This document shows positions 28,119-43,920 of a stretch of DNA of 64,000 bases, one piece after another. Position numbers and translations under genes: made by a program. This DNA comes from Octopus vulgaris (taxonomy: Eukaryota): positions 111,352,001 through 111,416,000 of the forward strand of contig OX597814.1 in NCBI GenBank assembly GCA_951406725.2, written 5' to 3'. The notes beneath the pieces are model-generated. The model was given only the letters and a program-made list of their open reading frames with translations, was not told the DNA's origin and did no database searches. How positions within the stretch are numbered: position 1 is the stretch's first letter; every line of letters starts with the position of its first letter.

Positions 28119-29272
28119 TACATATGATAGCTGTGACTTGATTTCAAGCAATAACATCAATTGAGTTTCTTCTCTTAAACATGAACAGCAGATGTAGCTT
28201 TTCAGTCCAGCTAAGGATTGCAACTCTTTTGCAAAGGTGTGACAACAATGGGCACCTTTTGTAGTAGGTGTTCACAGAGCCAACCACCCACACTGACACA
28301 TTCCTTCAATTTTTCATTGAACATTTTACATTTTTTTTTTTTGGCTACAGTCAACCAAAGAATACAACACACAAAAGAGATGTTAAAAAAAAAGAAAATC
28401 AAGAATGCCTGTACTTGAAGCCTTTTAAAGCAAAGAAAGGCCTTGCTCAGGACCAATCCCACTCTGATTAATGTATGCATTTGCCCAAAGAGAACTAGTC
28501 TACATCATTGGATGTAAAGTCACAGGTGTTACTTCAGAGTTTTTCTTCTAAAGATGTGCCTAAACAAAGATTAGGGTCTTCTGCTCCCAGCAATTAGATG
28601 GCCATTGATTCTACTGAGATCATCTGGCCTTTAACAGGTTTTGGTTTTCATCCTGCAGAGATCCAATGAAAACCACTCTCCTTATTAAAGAGGCTTGGTA
28701 TGGCTGCCAGTTTAGTTATTGACAGCACAATCAGCCAACAGGATATATTGGGCTATATGTTACCAATAGCACTAAGAGAAACCTGACTGACATACATGCA
28801 TGCATACATACACACATACATATATGGATACAGTGGAATACCCATATATGAATGGTTTTCTAAACAAACAAACCGAATAACTAATGGGTTTTCTGAAGAA
28901 AATTAAACTTACATAATGAGCTGAAAATTGATTAATGAACCGCAAGCAGACTACACATGTGTCTAAGTGACTGGGAGCTGATTTGCTTAGTGAGATGAAA
29001 TATGAACAACAAAGAGTAGACTATACACATGTATGAGTGTTGAGAGAGCATATACAAACAGTGCACTAAATAAACAACTTGTATTGTGAACAGTTCTTCC
29101 AAAGAAAATTATATTCAGCCAATGAAGTGAAATTTGAACAACAAAACCACAAGCAGTGTGCCCAAACAGTTTGTTAATGTTCATGTATTCATTTCAAGTA
29201 ACTTGCAAATTTTCCTATTTTATATAAAAATTAATATTCCTCATATCTTATGCTAAAAGCGTAACCATAAAC

Positions 29273-29511
29273 CAGTGGTTCTTAACTGGTTTCCATGTAA
29301 GATTTTGTCGATAAAATTTACATGCGACGAATTGGTTATACTTTGGCAATAAGCAACATATTTAAATTTTTTTTAAATATAATTCCTAATAATATTTAAT
29401 TATAAACATCTAATAGGAGGTTTCTAAACACCAAATGGCTAGGAGGGTCCACGCGAGTAAAATAAGAATTAAAAGGGTCCATAGGTGAAAAAAATTGGTT
29501 CAGAACCACTG
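29273..29511. mobile_element. hAT/Charlie-like MITE
   Basis: TIR CAGTGGTTCTTAAC / GTTCAGAACCACTG; flanking direct repeat ACCATAAAC / ACCATAGAC. Confidence 0.75.
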
Positions 29512-29779
29512 ACCATAGACCAACAAAAGCAAGACAAAGGGAAAACAGTCACACAAACACACACACACACATATATATATATGCATGCATGTATTTGCAA
29601 TTGGTGGATAGAGAAAGCATACTGTAGAGTCTGGATGTGATAACTGCAGTAACTACTCAGAGGTATTACAAGATCTTCTGAATTGACCACAATGTCAGAA
29701 ATCCTTCTGTATCATCAGTAGGTATCTGAGGGTTACAAGCATTTTGCCCCTTAACTTGTATGCTTCACCAAAGTTGGGC

Positions 29780-31460
29780 AGTGAGGACTGGATTAGTCTT
29801 CTCCTGTGGAAGGATTCTATCTGTGGTCTCTTGTCAACCAAAGACACCTTGAGCTATCTCTTTCTTCGGTTGTCTGGGTTCCAGACATATTTACTGCAGG
29901 AAATAGCACACCGATCTAACTGGAAAGTCATAGCAGCCAACTTCAATAAGGAACAAGGCCACATGCCGTCCCTTAGCAAATTACTTGTCAATCAAGTCCT
30001 GATATTTGGTTTTCTTTAGCTAGTGAAGTCACTTTATTTCATGTTGCTCTAATTCACTCAGCTGTAGAAATAAATTGTGACATCACTGGTGCCAAGCTAT
30101 ATCAGCCTTTGCGTTTCCCTTGGATAACATTAGTGGCATGGAGAGGGGAGTCTGGTATGCATGGGTGATTACTGGTCTTCCATAAACAACCTTGCTCAGA
30201 CTTGTACCTTGGAGGGAAACTTTCTAGTACAATTCCATGGTCAGTCATGACCAAAAGCGGTCTTTACACTTAGTTGGTGAGAATTATCAAGTCTGCCCTC
30301 ACAGGGTACTCGAAATTCAACTATGAAGATAGTTTTTGAACTCCTGGAGAGTGATATTATTACTACAGCCTCTGGGAAGATGAATCTGTCCTTCAGGGCC
30401 GCTTGCATCTCCTAGTCGGAGGATGGATGCAAAATAGAAAATGAATGCCCTATTGTTGCATTCATATTAGGAGCCATAACACTTTCCCTAAAGAATCTGA
30501 TATCCTTGGGTGGTAGGGGCTGCTGTTTGTTAGCTTTAACCCTTTACATGTGTATCCACAAGGCAATTTCTGCAAGAACCTTGTGTTTCCATTTACAGTG
30601 GCCTTCTCCCAGTTCCCTAGGGCATCCAATCAAAATGTGGTCCAGGGTGCAAAGAGTTGCTTTGCACTGCTTGCAAGATGGGTTTTCCCCTCAGCTCAAT
30701 ATTTTGAAGTTATTTGGGGTTGGTAATAGGTAAGAAGAAGGACAAGTTTTCCTAGTCAGTATTCCTGAGTTCCTTCCACTGCAGTGGGGTCCTGAGTGTC
30801 TGCTGTATCTATTGTTCCTGGTGGGCAAGCCCTACTGCCTTACATGGTAATCTTCCTCTGTTGAATCACGGAGCCTCTTCCTGTTGAGCTCACTCTTAAT
30901 ACTGGTATTAATGCTTTTCCACCTCTTGACATTGTAGTTAGCACTGTAGATGCCCTAGCCATCTTCATTTGCAGCTTCCGTTTTCTGCTGTACTTCATGG
31001 TCCTGATTGCATGCCTGACCCTTGATTCTTCTTACTTTGGTGGCTTTGAATAACTCAACCACTAATGAAACTGGTATGTGGAGCTAAAAGATGTCTTGCT
31101 GTACAGGATATTGGAGGGATGCCCAGCCACCTTTACACAAATTCTCTGTATGGCCTTTTCACTGCCTCCACCCAAATCATAGCAAAATCATAAAGTAAAA
31201 ATGGCCTCTGCAGTTTGGTCATGCTGGATGAAAACATATTTTCAAGTAAGGTTATAACAAATACTGAAGCTGTCATTTATCAGCCTTTCTTTGATATTAC
31301 ACAGTACCAAGATTTTGCTGGACTGAACTTCATGCAAGATTGTGTGACCAGCTTTTCCAGCAAGTTCAGTGCTCATCATGTCCCTCGGATCAATGTGTAA
31401 TGACTGTTACGTCAGCCATGAAGAGCCTGCAGACTGGTTGCCCTGTATTGTCAACAGTTT
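29780..31460 (-). pseudogene. Degraded RLE-type non-LTR retrotransposon (HERO/R2-like), interrupted by a SINE at about 30025-30270
   Basis: Minus strand reads NPSCKQCKATLCTLDHILIGCP (CCHC knuckle), KTIFIVEFRVPCE (ELTVPWE-like) and FLIEVGCYDF (EVGCRGF-like) in the correct order. Confidence 0.7.
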
Positions 31461-31956
31461 TGAGTCCTCATGCATGTGTGTATTCTTTTATCCTTTTACT
31501 TGTTTCAATCATTTGACAGTGGCCACGCTGGAGCAGTGCCTAGAGGGGTTTTAGTCGAACCAATCAACCCAAAGACTTATTTTTTAAGTCTAGTACTTAT
31601 TCTATCAGTCTCTTTTGCTGAACCACTAAGTTACAGGGACATAAACACACCAACACTGATTGTCAAGCAGTGATGGGAAACAAACAGACATGCACACATA
31701 AATTTATATATATATATATATATACACACATACAACAGGCTTCTTTCAGTTTCTGTCAATCAAATCAACTCAAGGCTTTGGCCAGCTCTAGGCTATGGTA
31801 GAAGATACTTGCCCAAGGTGCCACACAGTGGGACTGAACCCAGAATCATATGGTTAAGAAGCAAGCTTCTTACCATATACATGCTTATATATATGTAGAT
31901 TATGTAGATATATGAATATGCATGCATTCATATATACAGGTGTGTGTGTATGTGTG

Positions 31957-32002
<46 letters not shown>

Positions 32003-32144
32003 TATATATATGGGAAAATATGTATACTATCATCAACATCAATTAATACTGTTTTCCATGCTGGCATGCATTTGATAGTTTGACAGGGTCTGGCAGGCCC
32101 CAAGGCCATGTCAAGCTACATATACATACACATCTATGTATATA

Positions 32145-33432
32145 TGAAGTGGTATCAAAAAGTTCCTGGACTAGTTATGTTTAATAAAAAATACCATATT
32201 TACCTAAGCTTTAACATCATCATCATCTCCTTTGAAATAGTCACCTTGTGCAGATATACACTGGTCCCAGTGTTCCTGCCACTTTTGGAATCCAGCCCGG
32301 AAGTCATTTTCCGTAAGCAAGTCAAGGACCTTCTGCAATTCTCTCTGGATCTCGACAATGGTCTTCAAACAGCGACCTCTGAGCTGCATTTTCATCTTGG
32401 GAAAAAGATGGAAGTCCACAAGTGCTAAATCTGGTGTATGGGGCAGTGTGAAAGTGATAAAATGTTTTTGGCAAGAAACTCACAAATGCGGGAGCTCGGT
32501 GACAGAGTGCATTGTCGTCGTGAGGAGCCAATTCTTTGCACTCCACAGATCCGGTCACTTTTGCCAAATGTCCTCCCTCAAATGCTGCAAAATGTAGTTG
32601 ATTGTCCTCCAACGATCTTCATACCCAAGCTGATGAATTTTCCCCACATTTACAGGAGTGATGCTGGCACTTGTGCCCATGCTAGTAGGGCGCCAGGAGC
32701 ACCATCCGAGTGTGATCGTTGCTAGAGCAGCCAACTGGCTTCCATGCCAGTGGCACATAAAAGGGCACCATTCGAGCGTGATCGTTACCAACGTTGCCTT
32801 ACTGGCACCTGTGCCGGTGGCATGTGTAAAGATTCGAGCGAGGTCGTTGCCAGTACTGCCTGACTGGCCCCCGTGCCGGTGGCACATAAAAAGCACTCAC
32901 TACACTCTTGGAGTGGTTGGCGTTAGGAAGGGCATCAAGCTGTAGAAACTCTGCCAGATCAAGATTGGAGCCTGGTGCAGTTGTCTGGTTCGCCAGCCCT
33001 CAGTCAAAATCGCCCAACCCATGCTAGCATGGAAAGCGGACATTAAACGATGATGATGATGATTGCTCATCGCCTTTCAGGAACATTCTTTCACTTTTCA
33101 AGTGCCCACGCCACTTGAAACATTGTGTACAACCCATTGCCTCATCACCGTAAGCTTGCCGACGCAATTTCGATGTCTCTGTAGCAGACTTCCTGAGTTT
33201 AACACAAAATTGCATGTTAGCTCTTTGTTTATGTCAATGACAAAAATTGCAGACTACATTGTACACGTGAACACAAAAACACAAATTTCACAACTTGTGA
33301 AGTAAACACAGCAGCGTCACTCAGCACACTACCTCATGAAGATCACTGCTGACTCTCACTGTGCACACAACCATGTGCTGACATCTGTTGGCGTGCTACA
33401 GAACTAGCCCGGGAACTTTTGATAGCACCTCG
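32145..33432 (-). mobile_element. Internally deleted mariner element with a nested family A SINE (32658-33063)
   Basis: TIRs TGAAGTGGTATCAAAAAGTTCCTGGACTAGTT / AACTAGCCCGGGAACTTTTGATAGCACCTCG; N-terminus FCVKLRKSATET..AYGDEAM; C-terminus DFHLFPKMK...WDQCISAQGDYFKGD. Confidence 0.9.
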
Positions 33433-34003
33433 TTCATAGACATTTTTAGAGTATGCACTTTTGTGCTGTACACAATGCATGAGTCAATGTCTCATCAGAT
33501 GGTGAAGCAACTCTGTAGGTGTTTTGGACCCGTCCACCACAACACCAAAGTTGCCCAGGTGCCACCTACTAATGGAGGCAACAAAATTCTCACACAACAG
33601 CAAAACCTTTCTTGAGTCAGATGCGGTGACTCTGGGCTAGATGTTTCTATCATCATCAAATCTCATCCTTGCTGCAGCACAAATGCCCCTCTTCCGAGCC
33701 AGATATAATCGCTTTCTCAGTGGCTGCCAACAATTTTTGCCATCTTTTCTCTCTCTCTCTCTTCCTCATTATCATCTAACGTTGGACAGTTTGACTAGGC
33801 TGGCACACTGGAAGGGTGCGTCAGGCTCCAGTCAGATTTGGCATGGTTTTCTACATGCTTTTTATGAGCCACCGGCACGGGACCAGTCAGGTGGCACTGG
33901 CATCGACCACACTCAAATGGTGCATTTTACATGCCACCAACACGGGTGCCAATCAGGCGGTACTGTCACCGGCTACAACAATGACTTCATTTGACTCTTT
34001 CTG

Positions 34004-34034
<31 letters not shown>

Positions 34035-34044
34035 TTATATACAC

Positions 34045-35200
34045 ATGCAAGGAAGTTAATAGAAAAGCGGATTATCCAGCAAAATTGGCCTAAAAGTCTC
34101 TCTATACAAGACGTTGATATGAAACTTAAAGAATTCATGTCAATAATGCAAGCCATATGCATTAAATTTGTTCCAGAGAAGAGAGCAGCTACATACAAAA
34201 ACATCATTCCTCATGGCAGGAGAAACCTTATGAAACAGAGATTGAGAGAGAGAAATCCTTCCTAGAAGAGAGACTCTTAGAGACCGACAATAAATTCAGT
34301 CATTCTCACCAGCCAAGCTGATGATACAAAAGTACCTCAGGCAGTCAAGCACCCTGATGATATAGTAAAACAGAAAAATGACCTGCATGCAATATATAAA
34401 TGGGCTGATGAAAATAACATGCACTTCAATGGTGATAAATTTCAAGCACTCTGCCATTAGCCCATAAACAGACTACAATCAGAATACACAGGATCAGTGA
34501 GTAGTGAAAACCCAGAGTTAGAATCATTGCATGACCTGGGAATCCACATGAGTAGTGAATGATGCAACATTCCAAGTGCATAATGCCAGGATGGCAACAC
34601 TGTGCAGGTGAGTAGCTGGATGGATCCTTAGATCATTCAGAACCAGAAATAAGGATACCTTGCTACTCTTGTAGAGAACATTTGTCCCCTGTTGTCTGGA
34701 TTACTGCTCCCAACACTGCAGAATGTCAAATTGTTTGCAGAACTTGAGGTAAACCAGAGAGGTTACAAGAACTGAAGCTCTACACCATGGAGAGAAGGTG
34801 AGAAAGGTATGCAGTGATATACATAAGGAAGATCCTGGAAAATCTAACTCCCAACTTTGGAATTAAAAGCTATACCAACCATCAAACTGAATGAAACTGC
34901 ATAATAGCAGATAAGGAACTAGTATTGCAACAGCTTGGATTTCAGGAGAGCACAACTGTTTAACATCCTGCCAAGGACCCTAAGAGATCTGCAAAGTGTA
35001 GATGTAGAAATGTTCAAAAAGCATCAAGACAAATTTCTATCTGAAATCGCAGATGAGTCCACATTGCGGCAGGAAGCACACAAGAGCAGCTTCGTCCATT
35101 TCTTAACCAAAAACAGTACCGAAAGGAGACCCCAAAACACTGAAAGACAGTGCTCCGGCAGAGACCCAGCCTTTAACTGAAACAAGTAAAAGATTAAAGA
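34045..35200 (+). pseudogene. Old, internally deleted relative of the 38-41 kb LINE
   Basis: IEKRIIQQNWPKSLS..FMSIMQAICIKFVPEK and QLFNILPRTLRDL align with the intact ORF2; ends in ...AACTGAAACAAGTAAAAGA tail. Confidence 0.85.
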
Positions 35201-35654
35201 ATATAAATTCATACATACATACATGCATGTGTGTGTGTGTGTGTGTTTGTGTGTGTATATATATGTGTATCTATATCATTATCATCGTTTAACATCCACT
35301 TTCCATGCTAGCATAGGTTGGACGGTTTGACTGAGGACTAGCAAGCCAAGAGGCTGCACCAGGCTCCAATCTGATCTGGCACGGTTTCTACAGCTGGATG
35401 CCCTTCCTAACGCCAACCGCTCCGAGAGTGTAGTGGGTGACTGCCACTGGCACGGGAGCTGAGTCAGGAGGCACTGGCATTGATCATGTTTGGACGGTGC
35501 CTTTTAGATGCCACCTGCATGGGAGCTAGAGGAGAGAACATACTGAAGCCCTTATATGTATTTATACATCTATATATATATATATATATATATATCTATG
35601 TATAAATACATGCGGTATGTATTCGAGTTTTTGTATTTATATATCAATAGCAAA

Positions 35655-35745
35655 TCTCGCTGATAAGCCATAGATGGTTTAATACATTGATTGATTAATT
35701 AGTTAGTGTATTTAATCATTAAGGGTGAAACTTCAAAGTATGGGA
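35655..35745 (+). ncRNA. Type-I hammerhead ribozyme motif (one core mutation)
   Basis: TCTCG-CTGATAA-GCC..long stem II..GGT-GAAA-CTTCAAAG-T-A-TGGGA; stem I pairs over 5 bp with wobbles. Confidence 0.55.
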
Positions 35746-35929
35746 ATGACTAATCATCTTTGAATTCTCTCAAATTGTCCTGCCTTTCAACATGCTAAAA
35801 TACGAATAGCTTTTTCTTGATTTGGGATTTAACTCCCACTTCTAGCATGATGGAAAACCACTCAGTGGCTTTCCCTCAGCGTATAACACTGACACACACA
35901 ATGTAATAATATTATCTACATACATGGGT

Positions 35930-38007
<2,078 letters not shown>

Positions 38008-38100
38008 TGATTGATTGATTGATTGATTGATTCTAGTTTCAGCTTATGAGCTGTGGCCATGCTGGGGCACCGCCATTTTGTGTTGCTACTTGGTTTCACT

Positions 38101-40320
38101 TCATGGAGGCTTTCTAGCAGCTGCTATTTGGTGCATGAGAGAGTTCGATGCAGCTGCCCTCATCTGCCCCTCCTGCCGTGAAGTTGGTTCATCTGGGACA
38201 CCTGACAGGAAGAGATCCAGCTTCATTTTAAAGACATCTGTATCCACCCCATGCAGGTCTCTCAGGTTCTTCGGGAGGATATTGAAGAGCTGTGGGCCTC
38301 GGAAGCCCAGGCTATCACAGTATCTTGTCCTACATCTTGATGGCAGGTTTGGAGTCCTAGGCACCACGCAGTGCCGCCCAGTTCTGGCATTTGCGTAACT
38401 CTCGATGCCAAAGTTCAGGACACTTCCCTCCAGGATCTTCCAGATGTATATTATGGCATATCTTTCCCGCCTACGCTCCAGGGAATATAATTTTAATCTC
38501 TTGAGTCTTTCCCAGTAGCTTACATTCTGCATAGAGGCTATCTTCTTTGTGTAGCTTCGTTGGATCGCCTCAAGTTCTGTGATCAACTTGACACTGGATG
38601 GTGACCATAGCTGAGAGCAATAGTCAAAGTGGCTTAGGACAAGTGTCTTCCAGAGGACCATCATGGTTTCTTGTTCTCTTGTTCTAAAGGTTCTAAGAAT
38701 CCATCCAGCCAGCCGTCTACATTTCATTGTCAGTTTAGCAACATGTACATGAAAGGTCGCGTCATCACTCATGTGAATACCCAGGTCACGCACTGATTGT
38801 GCCTCTGGGATTGCAATCCCCCCGGGTCCAGTGTATTCATTGGGTATTGCATTCAGTTTTGCATGCTGATAGTATAAAGCTTGAAACTTTCCAGCATTGA
38901 ACTGCATGCTATTCTTTTCAGCCCACTTGTATATTTCGTCCAGCTCACATTGCAGGTGTTTAGTGTCCTCAGGGTTCTGTATTGCCTGTGAAACTTTTGT
39001 ATCATCTGCATAACTTGTGATCGTGGCTCTCTGCGTGGCTGAGGGCATGTCTGAGAGGGCCATTATGAACAGTAGTGGTCCCAGAACAGTGCCCTGCGGA
39101 ACACCGCTCACTATTTGTGTGTTAATGGAGGTGGCCCCATTGGCTACTACCACCTGACTTCTATCCTTCAGAAAGTCATGAAGCCATTCTCCCAGTTTTC
39201 CAACTATGTTGAGATCACGCAGTTTGTGACATATCATTCCATGATCGACTTTATCAAAGGCCTTTGCAAAGTCGAGATATATCACTTCCACATTTGAGTG
39301 GTTGAGCAGCCGTTTCAGCACCCAGTCATAGTGTTGTAGGAGCTGAGTTAAACAGCTTCTCCCTGGTCGGAAACCATGTTGGGTGTCGGGCAGCAAGTCA
39401 TTCTCTTCAAGGAAGGTGATCAGCTTCCTTCTGACTATTCGTTCCATGACCTTGCTGATATGTGAGGTCAGAGAGATAGGTCTATAGTTCTTGGCTTCCG
39501 CTCTGCTACCTCCTTTATGAATGGGGCATATTTTACCTTCCTTCAGTTTTCCTGGAAGTTTGCCAGCTGCAAGGAAGCTCTGAAAGAGGAACTGCAGTGG
39601 TCTTGCTAGGACTCTCTTACATGCTTTTAGGAGGATTGCCGGGAATCCATCGGGGCCAGTAGCTGAGTCTGTTTTCATTTCATCTATAGCCTTGGTTACA
39701 TCGTCTTCCTTTATATCGATGTAATCTATCGTCGCCGCCTCTGATTTTATATCTGCAGTGGTAAAAAAGTCAGTTGGATTGGTGATTTGGAGATGCCCAA
39801 GGGGTGGAGTGAAAACACTCTTGAATTGCTCATTCAGTATTTCACTTACCCTCATTGGTTTTCCTGTAAGTGTGCCATCCTTTTCGAGGAGTGGCCCTAT
39901 TCTACAGTGCACTGTAGCTGTTTCTTTGGCATACCTGTAGAAAGCTCTGGGGTTAGATTTTATGTTTTCTATAGCCCAGGCTTCTTTGTCTACTCTTTCT
40001 TTTTCATGGGAGAGTTGCAGACATTTTTCGATTTCCAACAGTTTTATTTTTAGGCGGGACTTTTCACTGCTTTCAATCTGTTTGTTTAGGCGATTTGAAA
40101 ATTTCGTACGCCGTCTCATTAAAATTTTCCTCTCTCTGGGGATTTTGTTCTTGTGTACAGTGGCCTTTCTCTCTGGGACACATTTGTAGCATATGGCTTG
40201 CATTACAGACATGAATTGTGGAAGTTTCACGTCGATGTCTGGCGAGGAGAGACATTTAGGCCAGTTTTGTTTGAGGATCTCTTTCTCAATTTGTTTCCAG
40301 TTTGCCTTATGGTAGTTCAA
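38101..40320 (-). CDS. LINE ORF2, reverse transcriptase and C-terminal part
   Basis: 739 codons without stop: [44 protein letters not shown]. Confidence 0.95.
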   Translation of the reverse strand: MNYHKANWKQIEKEILKQNWPKCLSSPDIDVKLPQFMSVMQAICYKCVPERKATVHKNKIPRERKILMRRRTKFSNRLNKQIESSEKSRLKIKLLEIEKCLQLSHEKERVDKEAWAIENIKSNPRAFYRYAKETATVHCRIGPLLEKDGTLTGKPMRVSEILNEQFKSVFTPPLGHLQITNPTDFFTTADIKSEAATIDYIDIKEDDVTKAIDEMKTDSATGPDGFPAILLKACKRVLARPLQFLFQSFLAAGKLPGKLKEGKICPIHKGGSRAEAKNYRPISLTSHISKVMERIVRRKLITFLEENDLLPDTQHGFRPGRSCLTQLLQHYDWVLKRLLNHSNVEVIYLDFAKAFDKVDHGMICHKLRDLNIVGKLGEWLHDFLKDRSQVVVANGATSINTQIVSGVPQGTVLGPLLFIMALSDMPSATQRATITSYADDTKVSQAIQNPEDTKHLQCELDEIYKWAEKNSMQFNAGKFQALYYQHAKLNAIPNEYTGPGGIAIPEAQSVRDLGIHMSDDATFHVHVAKLTMKCRRLAGWILRTFRTREQETMMVLWKTLVLSHFDYCSQLWSPSSVKLITELEAIQRSYTKKIASMQNVSYWERLKRLKLYSLERRRERYAIIYIWKILEGSVLNFGIESYANARTGRHCVVPRTPNLPSRCRTRYCDSLGFRGPQLFNILPKNLRDLHGVDTDVFKMKLDLFLSGVPDEPTSRQEGQMRAAASNSLMHQIAAARKPP

Positions 40321-41204
40321 GCTGGAAAGATTTTGAGGTTTCTTGTAGGCTGCATGTCCGTGCTCTCTTTTGGCCCGTACATGGTCAGCTCTATCATGTT
40401 GTGATCCGAGAGTAGTGTCGGTGTCACTTTCACATTATGGATGAGATCCATGTCATTTGTGAAGCAGAGATCCAGTGTGTTACCTGCCCTGGTTGGTTGG
40501 AGTATTACCTGCTCCATGTACAGGGTGTTGGTGAGGTTCAGGAGGGACCTCGCCTGTCCTCGTTCACATCTTGTCATTCCTGGGAGAGAAAGGCCCTCGG
40601 GCCATCTGACATTGGGCAGATTGAAGTCTCCCATAAGAAGCACACCTATGTGTTGTTCTAATGTGGTTAGAATTTCTTCTATTTTTATAAGGCAGTCTTC
40701 AAACTTGCCCACATGGCTTGGGGCATCTGGAGGGCGATATGTAGCACACACAACTACATCAAGTTGCCTAATATGTACAATTAGTGTGTCACACACCGAG
40801 TTTGAGTATGACAAGAGGACCTGGGGTGTGAGGTCCTCACGGATGTACATAGCAACACCTCCATGACTCCTTTCTTTCCTGTCGGTCCGTAGTACAGCAT
40901 ACTGTGGTATGTGTAACTCCGCATCTGCTATGTCCGGTTTCAGGTGCGTTTCTGTAAGTGCTATGCATATGGCTTGATTGCATGCAACAAAGTCTCTCAG
41001 GAACGGGATCTTTGTCCTGTTACTGAGTGTTTGCAGTCCTCTGATGTTCAGTAGGAGTATCGAGGTGAGGTGTACGTTGTTGCCGGCGGTGTCCATCCTG
41101 TGTCTGTTTGCTGTGGTGGTCTGGTATATAGTGGGTAGTCCCACCTGCGGGCTTGGGTTTGATGAAGCCAGGTCAGCTGCTGTACAATCTTTTGTGCCAT
41201 GCAC
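40317..41204 (-). CDS. LINE ORF2, apurinic-like endonuclease part (probable start ATG at 41096)
   Basis: LNIRG, LTETH, TYRPP, GDFN, TLDL and SDH catalytic motifs all intact; out of frame with the RT part by one base. Confidence 0.93.
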   Translation of the reverse strand: MHGTKDCTAADLASSNPSPQVGLPTIYQTTTANRHRMDTAGNNVHLTSILLLNIRGLQTLSNRTKIPFLRDFVACNQAICIALTETHLKPDIADAELHIPQYAVLRTDRKERSHGGVAMYIREDLTPQVLLSYSNSVCDTLIVHIRQLDVVVCATYRPPDAPSHVGKFEDCLIKIEEILTTLEQHIGVLLMGDFNLPNVRWPEGLSLPGMTRCERGQARSLLNLTNTLYMEQVILQPTRAGNTLDLCFTNDMDLIHNVKVTPTLLSDHNMIELTMYGPKESTDMQPTRNLKIFPA

Positions 41205-41287
41205 AAAAAAGATTGTTGCTCAGCAACTGCTCTTTCGACAACATCATGTTGGCTGTTTGTGACGCGCACAACATCTGCGTACCTCCG

Positions 41288-41290
<3 letters not shown>
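41048..41290 (-). CDS. Probable C-terminal remnant of LINE ORF1
   Basis: Open frame KRRYADVV...QSFL...P/Q/T-rich tail, ending just inside the ORF2 start; cut off by (TA)n upstream. Confidence 0.45.
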
Positions 41291-41386
<96 letters not shown>

Positions 41387-41387
41387 T

Positions 41388-41796
<409 letters not shown>

Positions 41797-41797
41797 G

Positions 41798-41829
<32 letters not shown>

Positions 41830-41831
41830 TA

Positions 41832-42189
41832 CTAGCAGTATCGCCCGGCGTTGCTCAGGTTTGTAAGGGAAATAACTATAAAGCATTTTTAGAGAGTTAT
41901 AGCCAAAAAACAGCAAAAAAATGATGGTAAATTTTTTTTTGATAGTTAAAAAAGGTGGAGTTGCGTCCCCTACACAGTTTGTGGTTTGTGTTCTTGATTC
42001 TCGACCCCATGTCGAATTTATCGATTTTTTTCAGAACTGGGGGAACTTTTCAAAATTTTCGCTGCGTTAGTTTTGAATTATGACATTGGGCTATGTGTGT
42101 GTCAAGTTTCATCAGAATCTGTTGAAAGCCGTGGTCAGGGTGAGGGTACAAGCAAACAGACACACAGAAACACGCACAGACAAACTGCC

Positions 42190-42195
<6 letters not shown>
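41832..42195 (-). mobile_element. Non-autonomous Helitron
   Basis: 3' end CCTGAGCAACGCCGGG hairpin followed by CTAG|T; 5' end TATATAAACGGCAGTTTGTCTGTG merging into (TA)n. Confidence 0.8.
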
Positions 42196-42255
<60 letters not shown>

Positions 42256-42469
42256 ATATATATATATGTATGTATATATATATATATGTATGTATATATA
42301 TATATATGTATGTATATATATATATATGTATGTATATATATATATGTATGTATATATATATATATGTATGTATATATATATATATGTATGTATATATATA
42401 TATATGTATGTATATATATATATATGTATGTATATATATATATATGTATGTATATATATATATATATGT
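42193..42469. repeat. (TA)n plus a ~20-bp period (TA)n-TGTATG minisatellite
   Basis: Directly visible. Confidence 0.9.
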
Positions 42470-42776
42470 AAAAAAACATTGCTTTTAAAAAAAAAAAAAA
42501 AAAAAAAAAATGGGTGCATTAATAAAAATATATACGAAAGACCTATAAAATAAAATATAACATCCTATTTTGGGTCATTTATAAATAATCAAGGTAATAT
42601 AAATAATCAAGGTAATCTTATGCAATACAATAACATGAAAACAAAGTTTGTAGGTTTTTCCTAATATATATGTAGAAACAATAAGACTTTGCTATAGGTC
42701 CGTTGTAGCGCTCAAGAGTCAAAATCAAAATCAAAAAATCAAAATACAAAATATATACTCTATCCATATGGTATAT

Positions 42777-43920
42777 TTATATTCGACATTTAAATTTAGC
42801 CTTGTGCCTACATAAGTTCATTAATTCACTTCTTTGATTCAAAGAATTATTGTCTTTGAATAATATATGCATTTTTTCTAATAAGCAAAGCCTGCACTTG
42901 AAATTATATTTGTAAGCTCCATGCCTGTATGGTGCCGCCCTGTCCAGAATGCTCCATGTCACGTTGAAAGGTGGGGCTTCCTTTTCTTTTAGTTCCCAGA
43001 CATATTTTGCTAGGCTGGTTTTCTTTCTATTCTCTGGGTATTTAAAAGAATTCTTATGAGAATAAAATCTTGTTTTAAATGAATTTTCTGAAGCCCCTGT
43101 GTATGTCTTGTATTCCGATGAGCCTTCCACTTGCACCTTGGCTCTATAAACTACTCCTTTCACTAGACATTTCCCTTCTAACGGACAGGAGCTTTCGTTT
43201 TTGCAATTACATTTCTTAATGGGCTCGGCACCATGTCTAATCTCAATTAGCTTCCTATTATGTTGGCTAATGTAAGAGGCGAAATTTCTGCAACAAGAAT
43301 AGCTAACCTTCAGGGTTCTTCTATTAAATATTCTGTAGAATTTATGACCCTGCCTAAAATGCTTAGAGACTAATCTCAAAAATTCCTTACCTATATTAGT
43401 CTTTACGGCCAAATTGAAAGCCGGGTTGAACCACAAAACTTTCCTAGTCCTAGTTCTTCGTGCAGCATTATTATTAGCATTAAGCTGGTTGAACTGGATC
43501 TTCTCCGAGAATCCACTATTCTTTAATGCGCTATCGTAATAAGGTGCAGCATTATGGAATGCTGCCTCGTCCGAAGAAATTGAAGATATTCTTCTACCTA
43601 CATTGCTGACTAAGTTGCTAAGGATAACTGGTGGATGGTTCGAATCTTTGCTAATATACGATAGCTTTTCATTGGGCTTACGGAAAGGTTTAAATCTATC
43701 CGATCTTACATTAAAATTTACGTCTAAAAAATCTACACTATTCAGGTTAGTATCTATCGTAATCCGTAAGCCCATCCTTTGAAAGAAAGCTATAAGGTCC
43801 TTCCTAAGTCTATCTGATTCATGGCCGTTTAGATTATGCGTGGCTATAAGGCCGTCATCCCTATATAGACCTGCATCTATAAATGGGAATTCTATTTTTA
43901 GATTATGGAGAATAAAAAAA
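42777..43920 (-). CDS. Penelope-like element RT C-terminus plus GIY-YIG endonuclease (Naiad-type), 5'-truncated
   Basis: Frame stays open upstream of the listed ORF and contains GLYRDDGL (YRDD at 43854-43865); DFLD; CNCx5Cx5C linker; VVY...YTG...R...H GIY-YIG core; CRLC, LN, CRH. Confidence 0.92.

Noticed and set aside
42540-42776. SECIS element or HHR downstream of the PLE ORF
   Set aside because: No AUGA/GA quartet with a suitable stem and no CUGANGA...GAAA could be found by eye.
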